The notes below the pieces were generated by a model, which saw only the letters and a program-made list of their open reading frames with translations, made no database searches and was not told the origin of the DNA. A program made the translations under genes and the position numbers. From Candidatus Micrarchaeota archaeon (lineage in GTDB: Archaea; B1Sed10-29; JAJSAI01), in assembly GCA_964625085.1 (NCBI GenBank), contig CAZVAJ010000003.1:953-64952 (forward strand): a stretch of DNA of 64,000 nt. Direction: 5' to 3'. The number at the start of each line of letters is the position of its first letter. Positions within the stretch are counted from its first letter, which is position 1. Positions 1 to 8,644 of this stretch are shown piece by piece.

Positions 1-2889
1 CACCTGAACTGAACTTCCACACGCCCCTGACGAAACAGTCAAGTTCAATGGACCCACATAGTTCTGTCCGTAAATGAGAGAATCACTGAACGTCGTGTTA
101 ACAAGAATATTAGAGTGAAGAGTAGAAGTGTTTCCCAAGTTGTCCCTAACCGTTATGTTAGCAGTAAAGTTCACTCCCGCATTGTTCTCATCATACTCGT
201 AAACAGTATAGTTAATCGGTTCTTGGTACCTGTACGTGTAGTTCCCAGTACTCCCGCTAACAGACGCGGAAATATGCGGCTTGTACACCAACCGCATGGA
301 AACAGTGTAATTATCCAAGTAGTACGATGAAATCTCGTTCAGGCACACGCCAATACTATGCACGCCCGCTGACACGTTCGTTAACCTTCCTGAAAAAAGA
401 GCAGTATCATTATCAAGAGCATGGAACCTGAACGTCTCCCCTTCCTCTAGATAGCACGCGAGTTCATTGCCATTATTTCCCCAGCATATCTGGTAGTGCA
501 CTCCACACAGATTAGAATTATTTCCTGTTATCTGGTAGTAGTGCCATCTTGCAGAAGTGGAAGAAGCAATGCTCTGATCACATACTGGCAATACCGAATC
601 ATTTATGGGAAAAGTTGAAGAAACAGGCTGGCTTTGCAAGGTGCCAATGCCCCTGGTGAAATAGTATTCTGGGAGGATTCCTGAAGTTATATTAGAAGAG
701 ATGTTAAACTTTCCAGTGTAATATCCTGGCGAAATGTTTGATCCTGTAATGTTCAGCACGCATGTGAAGTTTTTGCTGCCTCCGGCTGGCAGAATAAAGT
801 TTGTTTCATTGCATAAAACGACGCCTGCTGCAGACTCTCCTGACCAATATTCTGCAGCAGGTAATACGCTGATTGTCACGTTCTGGGCTTGTGAGCCAGT
901 AACCTCATCTATCTTTAGGTTTAGTACTGACGTCTGGCTGGAGTTATCAACATACCCAAAATCAGGATAGCCTTTACCGAACGTTTCAAGTGAAAGGTAT
1001 TGGGGCAAAAGCCTTTTTACTAGTATGCTCGCGTTCTTTGGGGTTGTGGCAAGACCATATGATCTGACTTCAAGCACATAATTTCCGGACGGAGCGTTTA
1101 GTGCCCAGCCTGCTTCAGAGGTTGTCAAGCTGCTGTCTGTTTCAGCAACCCATGTTTTGTGAGTCTCTAGGTTAGTCAAGTAAAAGTCAAAATCGCTTCC
1201 TGTACCAGACCAAGACACATTAATGTAAACCTTATTATCGTTCCCTGATTGGTTATCCAGTCTGAACCTAAAGTATTCTGTATCCCCCAGGTAAGGTGAA
1301 TGATATGCTGTGTAGAAGCAGCTTGTTGTATTCAGCAGAATGCTTTCTGTGCCCGCAATAGAGTAATTTTGGATTACTATTAAAATGACAGGAATCTTAT
1401 GAATCGGGTATGAAGTTGCATTCACTGTCAAGTATCCTTGGTAGTATCCTGGATCTGGAAGCGAAGAAAAGTTAGCAGTCAGGTTAACAGTAGTTAAAGA
1501 AGTGAGAGTAAAAGACGAGGGGGACACGGTAAAATTGCTCTTGCCAATAAGAGGAGAGGAACAGCCTGCTCCTTCCACTCTCTTAAAATCTGAAAGGGAC
1601 AGTGTTACGTTAACTGCGGACCAGTAGTTGGAGAAAGATATGCCTGTCGTGTTTGAAAGGCTTGCAGGCCCAACCTGCAGTTTAGCGCTTAGAGGATAGG
1701 ATATGTTAAAGTTGACTGCCCTGGACACGTTAACGAGCCCGTTTCCTTGTTCCACTGGATCGTAACCAAGATCAGAAGCACTTCTTATAAGATTGAATGG
1801 ATCCTTCCCTGCCTGTTTCATGAGTGCAACAGCTCCGGCAACATGCGGTGTGGCCATGCTCGTGCCAGATTCTTCTTTGTAACTCCCATCATTCCATGTA
1901 GAGTTGATTAACACTCCTGGAGCAAGAACATCAACATAGGGAGTGCCGTAACCATCAGGACCCCTGCTCGAAAAGCTTGCGAGGGCATTTGAAGCATCAA
2001 CAGCCCCCACAGTTATCGAATGAACAGATAAACCTGGACCGTGCGCAGCCCCAATACTACCGTCATTACCTGCTGCTATGACAGGTGTTATTCCCCTCTC
2101 GTACAGTCCTTCGGCCGCAAGAGAAAGAACATCCTGCGCATCATTGGGTATCGTGGGCCACCCAAGGCTCATGCTAACCACATCTGCACCATTCTGGTAC
2201 GCGTAGTCCATTCCCTTCAACAGGTCTGAAAGATACCCTCCTCCGCCAGAGTTAAGCACTTTGACCGCAAGAAGTCTTGCTCCGGGAGCAACCCCTTGGA
2301 TATTTCCGTCTGCAGCTATGATGCCCGCGCAGTGTGTTCCATGCCCTGCATCATCAACCGGATCATTATCATTGTTGAAAAAGTCGTACCCGCCGATTAC
2401 CTTGCTACAATTGCCTGCAAGGAATTGCGTCTGGGTGCAGCCACCCAGATCAGGATGAGTATAATTTATGCCCGTATCGATAACCGCGACAGTAATCCCC
2501 GACCCATTCAGAACAGTCCCTGCAAAAGTAACATTAGACGCGCTTATTTGCGTTTTTGATTGTTCAAGAGACACAAGCGTCAGAGGAGCCGGCTCAGGGG
2601 CCACTGCTTGGATGTAATAGTCTGGAACAACTCTTGTCACTCCAGCGTACTTCTCAAGATCCAAAGCACCACCTTCTCCAAGCGATTTAGAAGAAGTGAC
2701 ATAATCAGCATTAATCAGCCTGAAATGATACTCTGGAGTCAGGCCTGCCGAGGAAAGTGCATTCGCGTAACCAGTGTACTGGCCCGGGTCATAGAAGACT
2801 ATATACCCTTTATATCCCTCAGAAGGAGAGACAACCGCAGCAGCGGCAACTGAAAGTAACAGTATTGCTCCAAAAGTCCACCTGATCAT
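1..2889 (-). CDS. Secreted subtilisin-like serine protease (peptidase S8), partial (C-terminus runs off window start); long C-terminal extension rich in N-x-S/T sequons
   Basis: Minus-strand ORF open from ATG at 2889-2887 to position 1; absent from ORF track because no stop in window. N-terminal signal peptide MIRWTFGAILLLSVAAAAV. Catalytic triad motifs read directly: VAVIDTG (Asp, ~2470-2495), HGTHCAGIIAA (His, ~2300-2335), GTSMATPHV (Ser, ~1840-1870). No competing minus-strand ORFs in 1-2818. Confidence 0.85.
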   Translation of the reverse strand, partial: MIRWTFGAILLLSVAAAAVVSPSEGYKGYIVFYDPGQYTGYANALSSAGLTPEYHFRLINADYVTSSKSLGEGGALDLEKYAGVTRVVPDYYIQAVAPEPAPLTLVSLEQSKTQISASNVTFAGTVLNGSGITVAVIDTGINYTHPDLGGCTQTQFLAGNCSKVIGGYDFFNNDNDPVDDAGHGTHCAGIIAADGNIQGVAPGARLLAVKVLNSGGGGYLSDLLKGMDYAYQNGADVVSMSLGWPTIPNDAQDVLSLAAEGLYERGITPVIAAGNDGSIGAAHGPGLSVHSITVGAVDASNALASFSSRGPDGYGTPYVDVLAPGVLINSTWNDGSYKEESGTSMATPHVAGAVALMKQAGKDPFNLIRSASDLGYDPVEQGNGLVNVSRAVNFNISYPLSAKLQVGPASLSNTTGISFSNYWSAVNVTLSLSDFKRVEGAGCSSPLIGKSNFTVSPSSFTLTSLTTVNLTANFSSLPDPGYYQGYLTVNATSYPIHKIPVILIVIQNYSIAGTESILLNTTSCFYTAYHSPYLGDTEYFRFRLDNQSGNDNKVYINVSWSGTGSDFDFYLTNLETHKTWVAETDSSLTTSEAGWALNAPSGNYVLEVRSYGLATTPKNASILVKRLLPQYLSLETFGKGYPDFGYVDNSSQTSVLNLKIDEVTGSQAQNVTISVLPAAEYWSGESAAGVVLCNETNFILPAGGSKNFTCVLNITGSNISPGYYTGKFNISSNITSGILPEYYFTRGIGTLQSQPVSSTFPINDSVLPVCDQSIASSTSARWHYYQITGNNSNLCGVHYQICWGNNGNELACYLEEGETFRFHALDNDTALFSGRLTNVSAGVHSIGVCLNEISSYYLDNYTVSMRLVYKPHISASVSGSTGNYTYRYQEPINYTVYEYDENNAGVNFTANITVRDNLGNTSTLHSNILVNTTFSDSLIYGQNYVGPLNLTVSSGACGSSVQV

Positions 2890-2926
2890 GGTTAGTACTC
2901 TGAAAAAAGAGATATAAATCAGTTTT

Positions 2927-2955
2927 CCAACCGGAAAAAACCAGGAAAAGGTTGG
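2927..2955. promoter_or_regulatory. Inverted repeat CCAACC(N17)GGTTGG in SMC upstream region
   Basis: ccaacc at 2927-2932 and ggttgg at 2950-2955 are reverse complements; lies between divergent subtilase and smc genes. Confidence 0.3.
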
Positions 2956-2969
2956 TTTTACCGCCAAGA

Positions 2970-2990
2970 AGGCAATATTTAAATTCAGAT
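2970..2990 (+). promoter_or_regulatory. Candidate archaeal TATA box (atatttaaat) ~25-35 nt upstream of smc ATG
   Basis: A/T-rich TATA-like element at 2975-2984; smc start at 3009. Confidence 0.3.
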
Positions 2991-3008
2991 GGAGAATAAA
3001 AAAGGCAG

Positions 3009-6000
3009 ATGGCAGTCCTTGAAAAAATAAAACTCCGCGACTTTAAGTCATTTCGGAGCGCTACTATCCCCCTGTGCGACGGGTACACTTGTATTATTGG
3101 ACCTAATGGTAGTGGAAAGTCTAACATTCTTGACGCGCTGGCGTTTGTTCTTGGAACCGGAAGCATGAAAAACCTCCGGGCAAGCAGGCTTACAGATCTT
3201 GTCAACCATCATAGCAAGAGCGGGACAGCCAGTGTTGCCATCGAACTGCGTGATGGGAAAGAAAAGCACACGATAGCCAGAGAGATTGACAAAAAAGGAA
3301 ACTCTATCTTTAAACTGAACGGAAAACGAACAACAAAACACAGAATAGAAGATCTGTTGTATTCGCTGAACATACAGCCTGATGGGCATAACCTAATACT
3401 CCAAGGAGAGATAACCAGGATAATTAGAATGACTCCTCTACAAAGGAGAAAAATAATAGACGAGATATCAGGGATTGCGGAATACGACCAGAAAAAAGAG
3501 GAAGCACTAAGAGAACTTGAAAAAGTAGAAGCAAAAGTCAGAGAAGCTAATATCATAATCGGAGAAAAGAAGGAGAGAGTGAAAGAACTTCAGGCCGAAA
3601 AAGAAGCGGCAGAAAAGTACTCTTACCTGCAGTCTCAAAAAAGAAATTACCTTGCAAGCCTTGTCAAAAAAGAACTTGATGAGATAGACAAAGTTTACCA
3701 AAAAGCAATCAAAAAAATTGAATCCCGGCAAGCAGCTTTGGCCAAGTACTCTGAAGAAAGGTTAGAAGCTGAAAAACGGATAGAAGAGGTCAAAAACCAG
3801 ATAAAGGAAACCGAGACTGAAATCTTTGAAGAGAGTAGCAGAAAGCAAAAAGAAGCTGCAGGAAAAGTTGAGAACCTAAAACAGGAACTTGGCAAACTGG
3901 AAAGCGAGCTGGGAATGCTCAGAGAACTTCACTCAAGACTTTCATCTGAACTTGAAAAGGAAAGAGAAAAACTAGTCTTGTACTCCACGAAAGCATCTGA
4001 GCTGGAAAAAGAGATAGAGAACAAAACATTTAGAGAGGATGATCTCGAAAGAGAAATCGCAGTACTACAAGATGAACTTAAAGCTCTTAACATTGACGAA
4101 ACAAACTCAAGAATAGAAAAGAACTTTGAAGAGATAAGGGAACTGGAAAGTAACATAGAAAGAGTAAGAACAGAAGCCAATCAGCTTGAAAAGAAACTGG
4201 GTGCACTGCAGGAACGAATTAACCTGAAAAAAGCAGCTCTTTCTGAAGAAATCCAGACAGGCTTGGACAATAAAAAAGAAGAAATAGAAAAGCAGGTAAA
4301 ACAGGCCACTCAGGCCCTGGAGAAAAAGGAAAGGGAATTACTGCAGGTAAACAGCAAACTGAAAAACCTTGGAGAAAAGGAGAAAGAAAAGAACAGAGAC
4401 CTGCAGGAACTTGAGAAACAACTGAAGGACCTTAGAAAACAGGCTGCGGGCCTGGAGAGAAAAACAGTACATTCCGCAGGTCTTGCCAGCACGTCCTCAA
4501 AAATAATTTCAGCAAAATTACCTGGAGTGCTCGGCACGATAGCCGGACTGTGCGATTACGATAAAAAGTACGAGAAAGCTGTTGAGACCGCTGCAGGAGC
4601 ACGGCTTTTTTACATAGTAACCAGAACCGCTGATGATGCGGTCAAAACAATACAGTTCCTAAAAACAAACCAGCTTGGAAGAGCAACTTTTATCCCCTTA
4701 GATAAGGTGTCAGACGTTCCTGAAAACAAGGAACTTAAGGCGCTCTTAAAAAATCCTGCGTGCATGGGCAGGGTTATTGATTTTGTAAGACATTCTCCAG
4801 AACTGAAAAAAGCATTCAGATTCGTCTTTGGCGACACCCTCCTAGTCAAAGATTTGTCAGGATTCAAGAAAATAGGAATAGGCAAAGCAAGAATGGTAAC
4901 ATTAGAAGGGGATCTTGCAGAACAATCAGGCATAATTTCAGGAGGCTCACATCAGGAAAAGGCAAGTGCCAAAGACATTATTCAGCTCGAAAGAGTAAGG
5001 GAAAAAATCTCATCGCTGGAAGAAAAAAGAGAAGACATGATACAGTCTCTGCGTTCGCTCAGAGAAAAAATGAGCCGGATCAGAGAAGAAAAGGCAGCAA
5101 TTGAAATCGGCAGAAAAGAATCAGAAGTTTTGCTAAGACAGGCTAAAGAGAGACTATCAGAAATAGAAAAAACAGCCTACAAGGACAAACAAAGGGCAGA
5201 AATTCTGGAAAAAGAAATAGTGAACATGGAACAAGAAATTCAAAAGAAAGAAAAAGATCTTGAAAAAGCCAATCATGAACTGGAAGAACTGCTTGCCAAA
5301 AAGGCCGCTCTCCTTTCAGAAATAGACTCTCTCACGTCTAATGAAACGCAGAAAAAAGCAGCTGAGATCAAGGACAAGATAAAAGCACTTGAAGCAGAAC
5401 TTCAAGAGATAAGGGTATCCAAAGGAGGAGACAAAGCGCGGCTTAATGACGCAGTCAAAAAGGATTATAATAACACCAAAAAGAGAATAAGCCAGCTTGA
5501 AAAAGAGCTCAAGGAACTGGAAGAAAAACAGAAAACAAAAGAACAGGAGCGGAATTCTCTACTCATAAAGGTAAAAGATGCTGAAGAAAAGGTCAGAGAA
5601 CTTGCTGGAAGCATGACCGCACTGTTCAGCAAAAAATCAGAACTTGAAAAAGAATACGAATCCCTTGAAGAATCCCTGAAAAAGCTGGGCAAGAAAGGGG
5701 ATAAAGCCAAAGAAGAGCTGAAAGAAGCGGAAATAGAAAAAGCGCGTAATGAAACACGGCGCAGGGATCTTGAAAGAGAATGGGAAAGGCTGAAAGATGC
5801 TAACCTGATAAAAGCAAGCGAACAAGAGCTTAGAAAAGGACTTGAAACAGTAGAAGCTCAGATTATGGAGATAGGTTCTGTGAACATGAAAGCAATAGAA
5901 CTGTACGAGGCTGAAAAAGAGAAAGTGAAAGAGTTTTCAGAAAAGAAGAAAAAACTGGAAGACGAAAAAATATCAATAATAAACCTCATGCAGGAAATAG

Positions 6001-6491
6001 AATCAAAGAAAGTAAGCACGTTCATGCAAACATTTAATGCGCTCAGCACTTTCTTTGGACAATACTTCGCAGAGTTTTATCCTGAAACAGGGGCGAAAGC
6101 AGGACTAAAGCTTGATAATCCTGAGAAACCTCTCGAATCCGGGCTGGTCATAGAAGCCAGTCCTAAAGGAACAAAACTCAAGAACCTTGATGCTCTAAGC
6201 GGAGGCGAAAAAACAATTACTGCGCTGGCATTTATTTTCGCTATACAAGCGTACAATCCCTCTCCTTTCTATGTCCTTGACGAAGTTGAGGCTGCATTGG
6301 ATGCCCCTAACTCTGAAAGAGTAGCCAACATGTTCAAGAAGTTTTCCAAAAAAACACAGCTCATAATAATAACGCACAACTCATCAGTCGTGAAACAAGC
6401 AGACCAAGTAATCGGAGTACACCTGAAAAAAGACAAATCTTCTTTTGTTGAAGTAAACCTAAAAGCACTTGCAGAAGCTCAAATGAAGTAA
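3009..6491 (+). CDS. smc: Chromosome segregation protein SMC
   Basis: 1160 aa; N-terminal Walker A GPNGSGKSN, long coiled coils, hinge region, C-terminal ABC signature LSGGEKTITALAFIFAIQ and Walker B FYVLDEVEAALD. Confidence 0.95.
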   Translation: MAVLEKIKLRDFKSFRSATIPLCDGYTCIIGPNGSGKSNILDALAFVLGTGSMKNLRASRLTDLVNHHSKSGTASVAIELRDGKEKHTIAREIDKKGNSIFKLNGKRTTKHRIEDLLYSLNIQPDGHNLILQGEITRIIRMTPLQRRKIIDEISGIAEYDQKKEEALRELEKVEAKVREANIIIGEKKERVKELQAEKEAAEKYSYLQSQKRNYLASLVKKELDEIDKVYQKAIKKIESRQAALAKYSEERLEAEKRIEEVKNQIKETETEIFEESSRKQKEAAGKVENLKQELGKLESELGMLRELHSRLSSELEKEREKLVLYSTKASELEKEIENKTFREDDLEREIAVLQDELKALNIDETNSRIEKNFEEIRELESNIERVRTEANQLEKKLGALQERINLKKAALSEEIQTGLDNKKEEIEKQVKQATQALEKKERELLQVNSKLKNLGEKEKEKNRDLQELEKQLKDLRKQAAGLERKTVHSAGLASTSSKIISAKLPGVLGTIAGLCDYDKKYEKAVETAAGARLFYIVTRTADDAVKTIQFLKTNQLGRATFIPLDKVSDVPENKELKALLKNPACMGRVIDFVRHSPELKKAFRFVFGDTLLVKDLSGFKKIGIGKARMVTLEGDLAEQSGIISGGSHQEKASAKDIIQLERVREKISSLEEKREDMIQSLRSLREKMSRIREEKAAIEIGRKESEVLLRQAKERLSEIEKTAYKDKQRAEILEKEIVNMEQEIQKKEKDLEKANHELEELLAKKAALLSEIDSLTSNETQKKAAEIKDKIKALEAELQEIRVSKGGDKARLNDAVKKDYNNTKKRISQLEKELKELEEKQKTKEQERNSLLIKVKDAEEKVRELAGSMTALFSKKSELEKEYESLEESLKKLGKKGDKAKEELKEAEIEKARNETRRRDLEREWERLKDANLIKASEQELRKGLETVEAQIMEIGSVNMKAIELYEAEKEKVKEFSEKKKKLEDEKISIINLMQEIESKKVSTFMQTFNALSTFFGQYFAEFYPETGAKAGLKLDNPEKPLESGLVIEASPKGTKLKNLDALSGGEKTITALAFIFAIQAYNPSPFYVLDEVEAALDAPNSERVANMFKKFSKKTQLIIITHNSSVVKQADQVIGVHLKKDKSSFVEVNLKALAEAQMK

Positions 6492-7003
6492 GATGCTTCT
6501 TCCCCTAAGCGTTTTAGGTACTTTTCTCTTTCATCAGCCATTGTGAACGCGCCGATTATCATGCCCACTTTTAACGAAAGGCTTCCCAGACTCAGCGAGT
6601 ATAAAACATACTCAGCCATCCCTCTCTTGTCAGCAGGCACCTTATCAAGAGCTTTTTGCAGGTCGATTTTTCCCTGAAGCAGGTACAACAGCTTTTCAGG
6701 CGAACCTGCAAAGTTCATGCCTATCACAAGCCCGCTAGAAAGATTATCTCCAACAATATCACGCATTGTAGTTTCTACAACAGGAGAGTAAAAGTTATCC
6801 TGTTTCAAAAATGAGAAGAGGTCAGACATCTCTGAAACTATGGCATTAAGAAGATTAAGAGACTGTGTGATGTACTCTTCATTATCCACATTCTTAATAG
6901 TGTTTAGTATAACTCTCTTAGTATCAAGATTAAGGCCTGCAGGAAGCACAACTTCTATCTTCTTTTTGCCCTTTCGAACAATATACTTCCTTTCCTTCAC
7001 CAT
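6479..7003 (-). CDS. Hypothetical protein (174 aa), convergent with and overlapping smc 3' end by 13 nt
   Basis: Complete ORF, protein-like composition; no motif recognised. Confidence 0.4.
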   Translation of the reverse strand: MVKERKYIVRKGKKKIEVVLPAGLNLDTKRVILNTIKNVDNEEYITQSLNLLNAIVSEMSDLFSFLKQDNFYSPVVETTMRDIVGDNLSSGLVIGMNFAGSPEKLLYLLQGKIDLQKALDKVPADKRGMAEYVLYSLSLGSLSLKVGMIIGAFTMADEREKYLKRLGEEASYFI

Positions 7004-7035
7004 AAAAACGAAAAATCAACAGGCCTTTAAATTAC

Positions 7036-7782
7036 TTACTCTGCACGTTCCTTAAGCGCTTTCTCAAGCTTTTTAAGCCAGTAAGGCTGTTTTTTTATCC
7101 ACTCGTAAAACTTGGCGTCTTCTTCAGAAAGTTCTGCCAAACTTCTTATTTTAAGCAGGTCTTGCACAAACATGTAGAACTCTCTTGAGAACTCAAAATG
7201 TTCCCTGATATCCTTAGAAAAAGATTCTATTACCCTCTGTTCTTCAGAAGACAACTCTTGCCCATAAGCTATCTTCTTGGCAAGAGCTTCTGCCTGCGCC
7301 AGATTCACGAAATGCTTGAAAAGATCCCTCTCTTCTGAGCCCATTCTCTTTAGGAGTTCCTGAACCTCTTTTTCAGATATCCTGCCTTCCACAAGATCCT
7401 CTGCAAGAGCCCTGATCTCCTCCTCTGTTCTAGCAGCACTTACTGCGGTCTTAAAACTCTTCGCAATCTTCACCTTCTCTTCAAAAGGCTTCTCCTTCTG
7501 TTCCTTGCTCAAGTTCAGGTTAGCTTTACGAATAGCCTCCTGTAACCTTGAAATATCCTCTTCAAGGTTTGCTATTCTAGTTCCTCTCGTGAACCCTCCC
7601 CTATTTAATTTTGGAACTTTTACAGGAACCCCCCTACGCTGCAGCTCTTCAATAGACTTCAAGAGAACTCTCTTTTTTTCTCTAAGTTGTATTAGGTATT
7701 CAGCAGCTCTTTTTTTCCCACGCGCCCTTCTTCTCAAAACGCTTGACAAAAAAAATCCAGTCGTTCTTCTCATGCAAAACAA
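7036..7782 (-). CDS. Hypothetical coiled-coil protein (248 aa)
   Basis: Complete ORF, charged helical composition; no recognised family. Confidence 0.4.
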   Translation of the reverse strand: MFCMRRTTGFFLSSVLRRRARGKKRAAEYLIQLREKKRVLLKSIEELQRRGVPVKVPKLNRGGFTRGTRIANLEEDISRLQEAIRKANLNLSKEQKEKPFEEKVKIAKSFKTAVSAARTEEEIRALAEDLVEGRISEKEVQELLKRMGSEERDLFKHFVNLAQAEALAKKIAYGQELSSEEQRVIESFSKDIREHFEFSREFYMFVQDLLKIRSLAELSEEDAKFYEWIKKQPYWLKKLEKALKERAE

Positions 7783-7818
7783 AGGGAAAACAAGGTATAT
7801 AAAAATGACTAATCAGGA

Positions 7819-8076
7819 GTGATGGAAAAAATCATGATAATACAACCTTGCACAGCACACCCTGGAAAAATAAACCTACTAGGCCGTTTGAACACCACAC
7901 CAGACGGGCCTGCGCTAAGCAACCTCAAGAAGATGAAAAGAGTTTCTGATTTTAAGGAAGACATAGACCTAGGGATGGTAAGGTTCAAAAAGGAAGGGAC
8001 AAGCGTTACAGTTTTCCTAAATGGCAGGATAGTGGTAAGAGAAGCTGAAAATGAGGAACAAGCAAAAAAATACTAA
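7819..8076 (+). CDS. Small hypothetical protein (85 aa); C-terminal strand-strand segment weakly resembles a TBP-repeat S3-S4 element
   Basis: SVTVFLNGRIVVREAENEEQAKKY vs TBP [20 protein letters not shown]; weak, unverified. Confidence 0.35.
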   Translation: MMEKIMIIQPCTAHPGKINLLGRLNTTPDGPALSNLKKMKRVSDFKEDIDLGMVRFKKEGTSVTVFLNGRIVVREAENEEQAKKY

Positions 8077-8131
8077 AAGAAGTTGAGAAGTTTATTGCAA
8101 AAGAATAAAAACAATCCCACCCTTTTCTGCA

Positions 8132-8644
8132 GTGATGAACGGAAGAGTATACTGTTACACTGGAGACGGAAGTGGAAAGACCACTGCCGCGTTCGGGCTC
8201 GCGCTCAGAGCAGCTGGACATGGTAAAAGAGTGGTAGTAGTCCAGTTCATGAAAGGACGGCCAGAAGTGGGAGAGCATAAAGGGAAGAATCTCATACCAC
8301 ATCTTGAAGTCCACCAGTTCGGAAGAAAACAATTCATTAACCTGCACAAACCCTCTGAAACAGACAAAAAACTCGCGCAAAAAGGACTGGAGTTTGCCAG
8401 AAAAACTCTTTCAGAACACCCTTTTTTGCTCGTGCTGGATGAAATAAACCTTGCAGCAGCTGTAGGCCTCATCAGCCCCAGACAAATCATAAGCCTGCTG
8501 AAAAAACGGGGGCGCACGCACGTTGTGCTAACAGGAAGGTATGCCCCGCCTGAACTAATCAACTACGCTGACTATGTTACATATGTTATTGATGTAAAGA
8601 AACCAATTCCTCTACTAAAGGACACCAAGGGGATAGAATGGTAA
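8132..8644 (+). CDS. cobA: Cob(I)alamin/cob(I)yrinic acid a,c-diamide adenosyltransferase (CobA/CobO/BtuR family)
   Basis: P-loop GDGSGKTTAAFGLALRAAGHGKRVVVVQFMKG characteristic of CobA family; 170 aa; overlaps nrdJ start by 7 nt. Confidence 0.85.
   Translation: MMNGRVYCYTGDGSGKTTAAFGLALRAAGHGKRVVVVQFMKGRPEVGEHKGKNLIPHLEVHQFGRKQFINLHKPSETDKKLAQKGLEFARKTLSEHPFLLVLDEINLAAAVGLISPRQIISLLKKRGRTHVVLTGRYAPPELINYADYVTYVIDVKKPIPLLKDTKGIEW

Noticed and set aside
3048-6377. Numerous minus-strand ORFs inside smc (e.g. 3209-3556, 4610-4933, 5465-5710)
   Set aside because: These are antisense to a high-confidence gene. The Lys/Glu-rich coiled-coil coding sequence generates long stop-free antisense frames with Ser/Phe-rich nonsense translations.
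6479-7782. ScpA/ScpB kleisin partners of SMC in the two ORFs downstream of smc
   Set aside because: Position is suggestive, but neither sequence shows recognisable ScpA or ScpB (wHTH) features.
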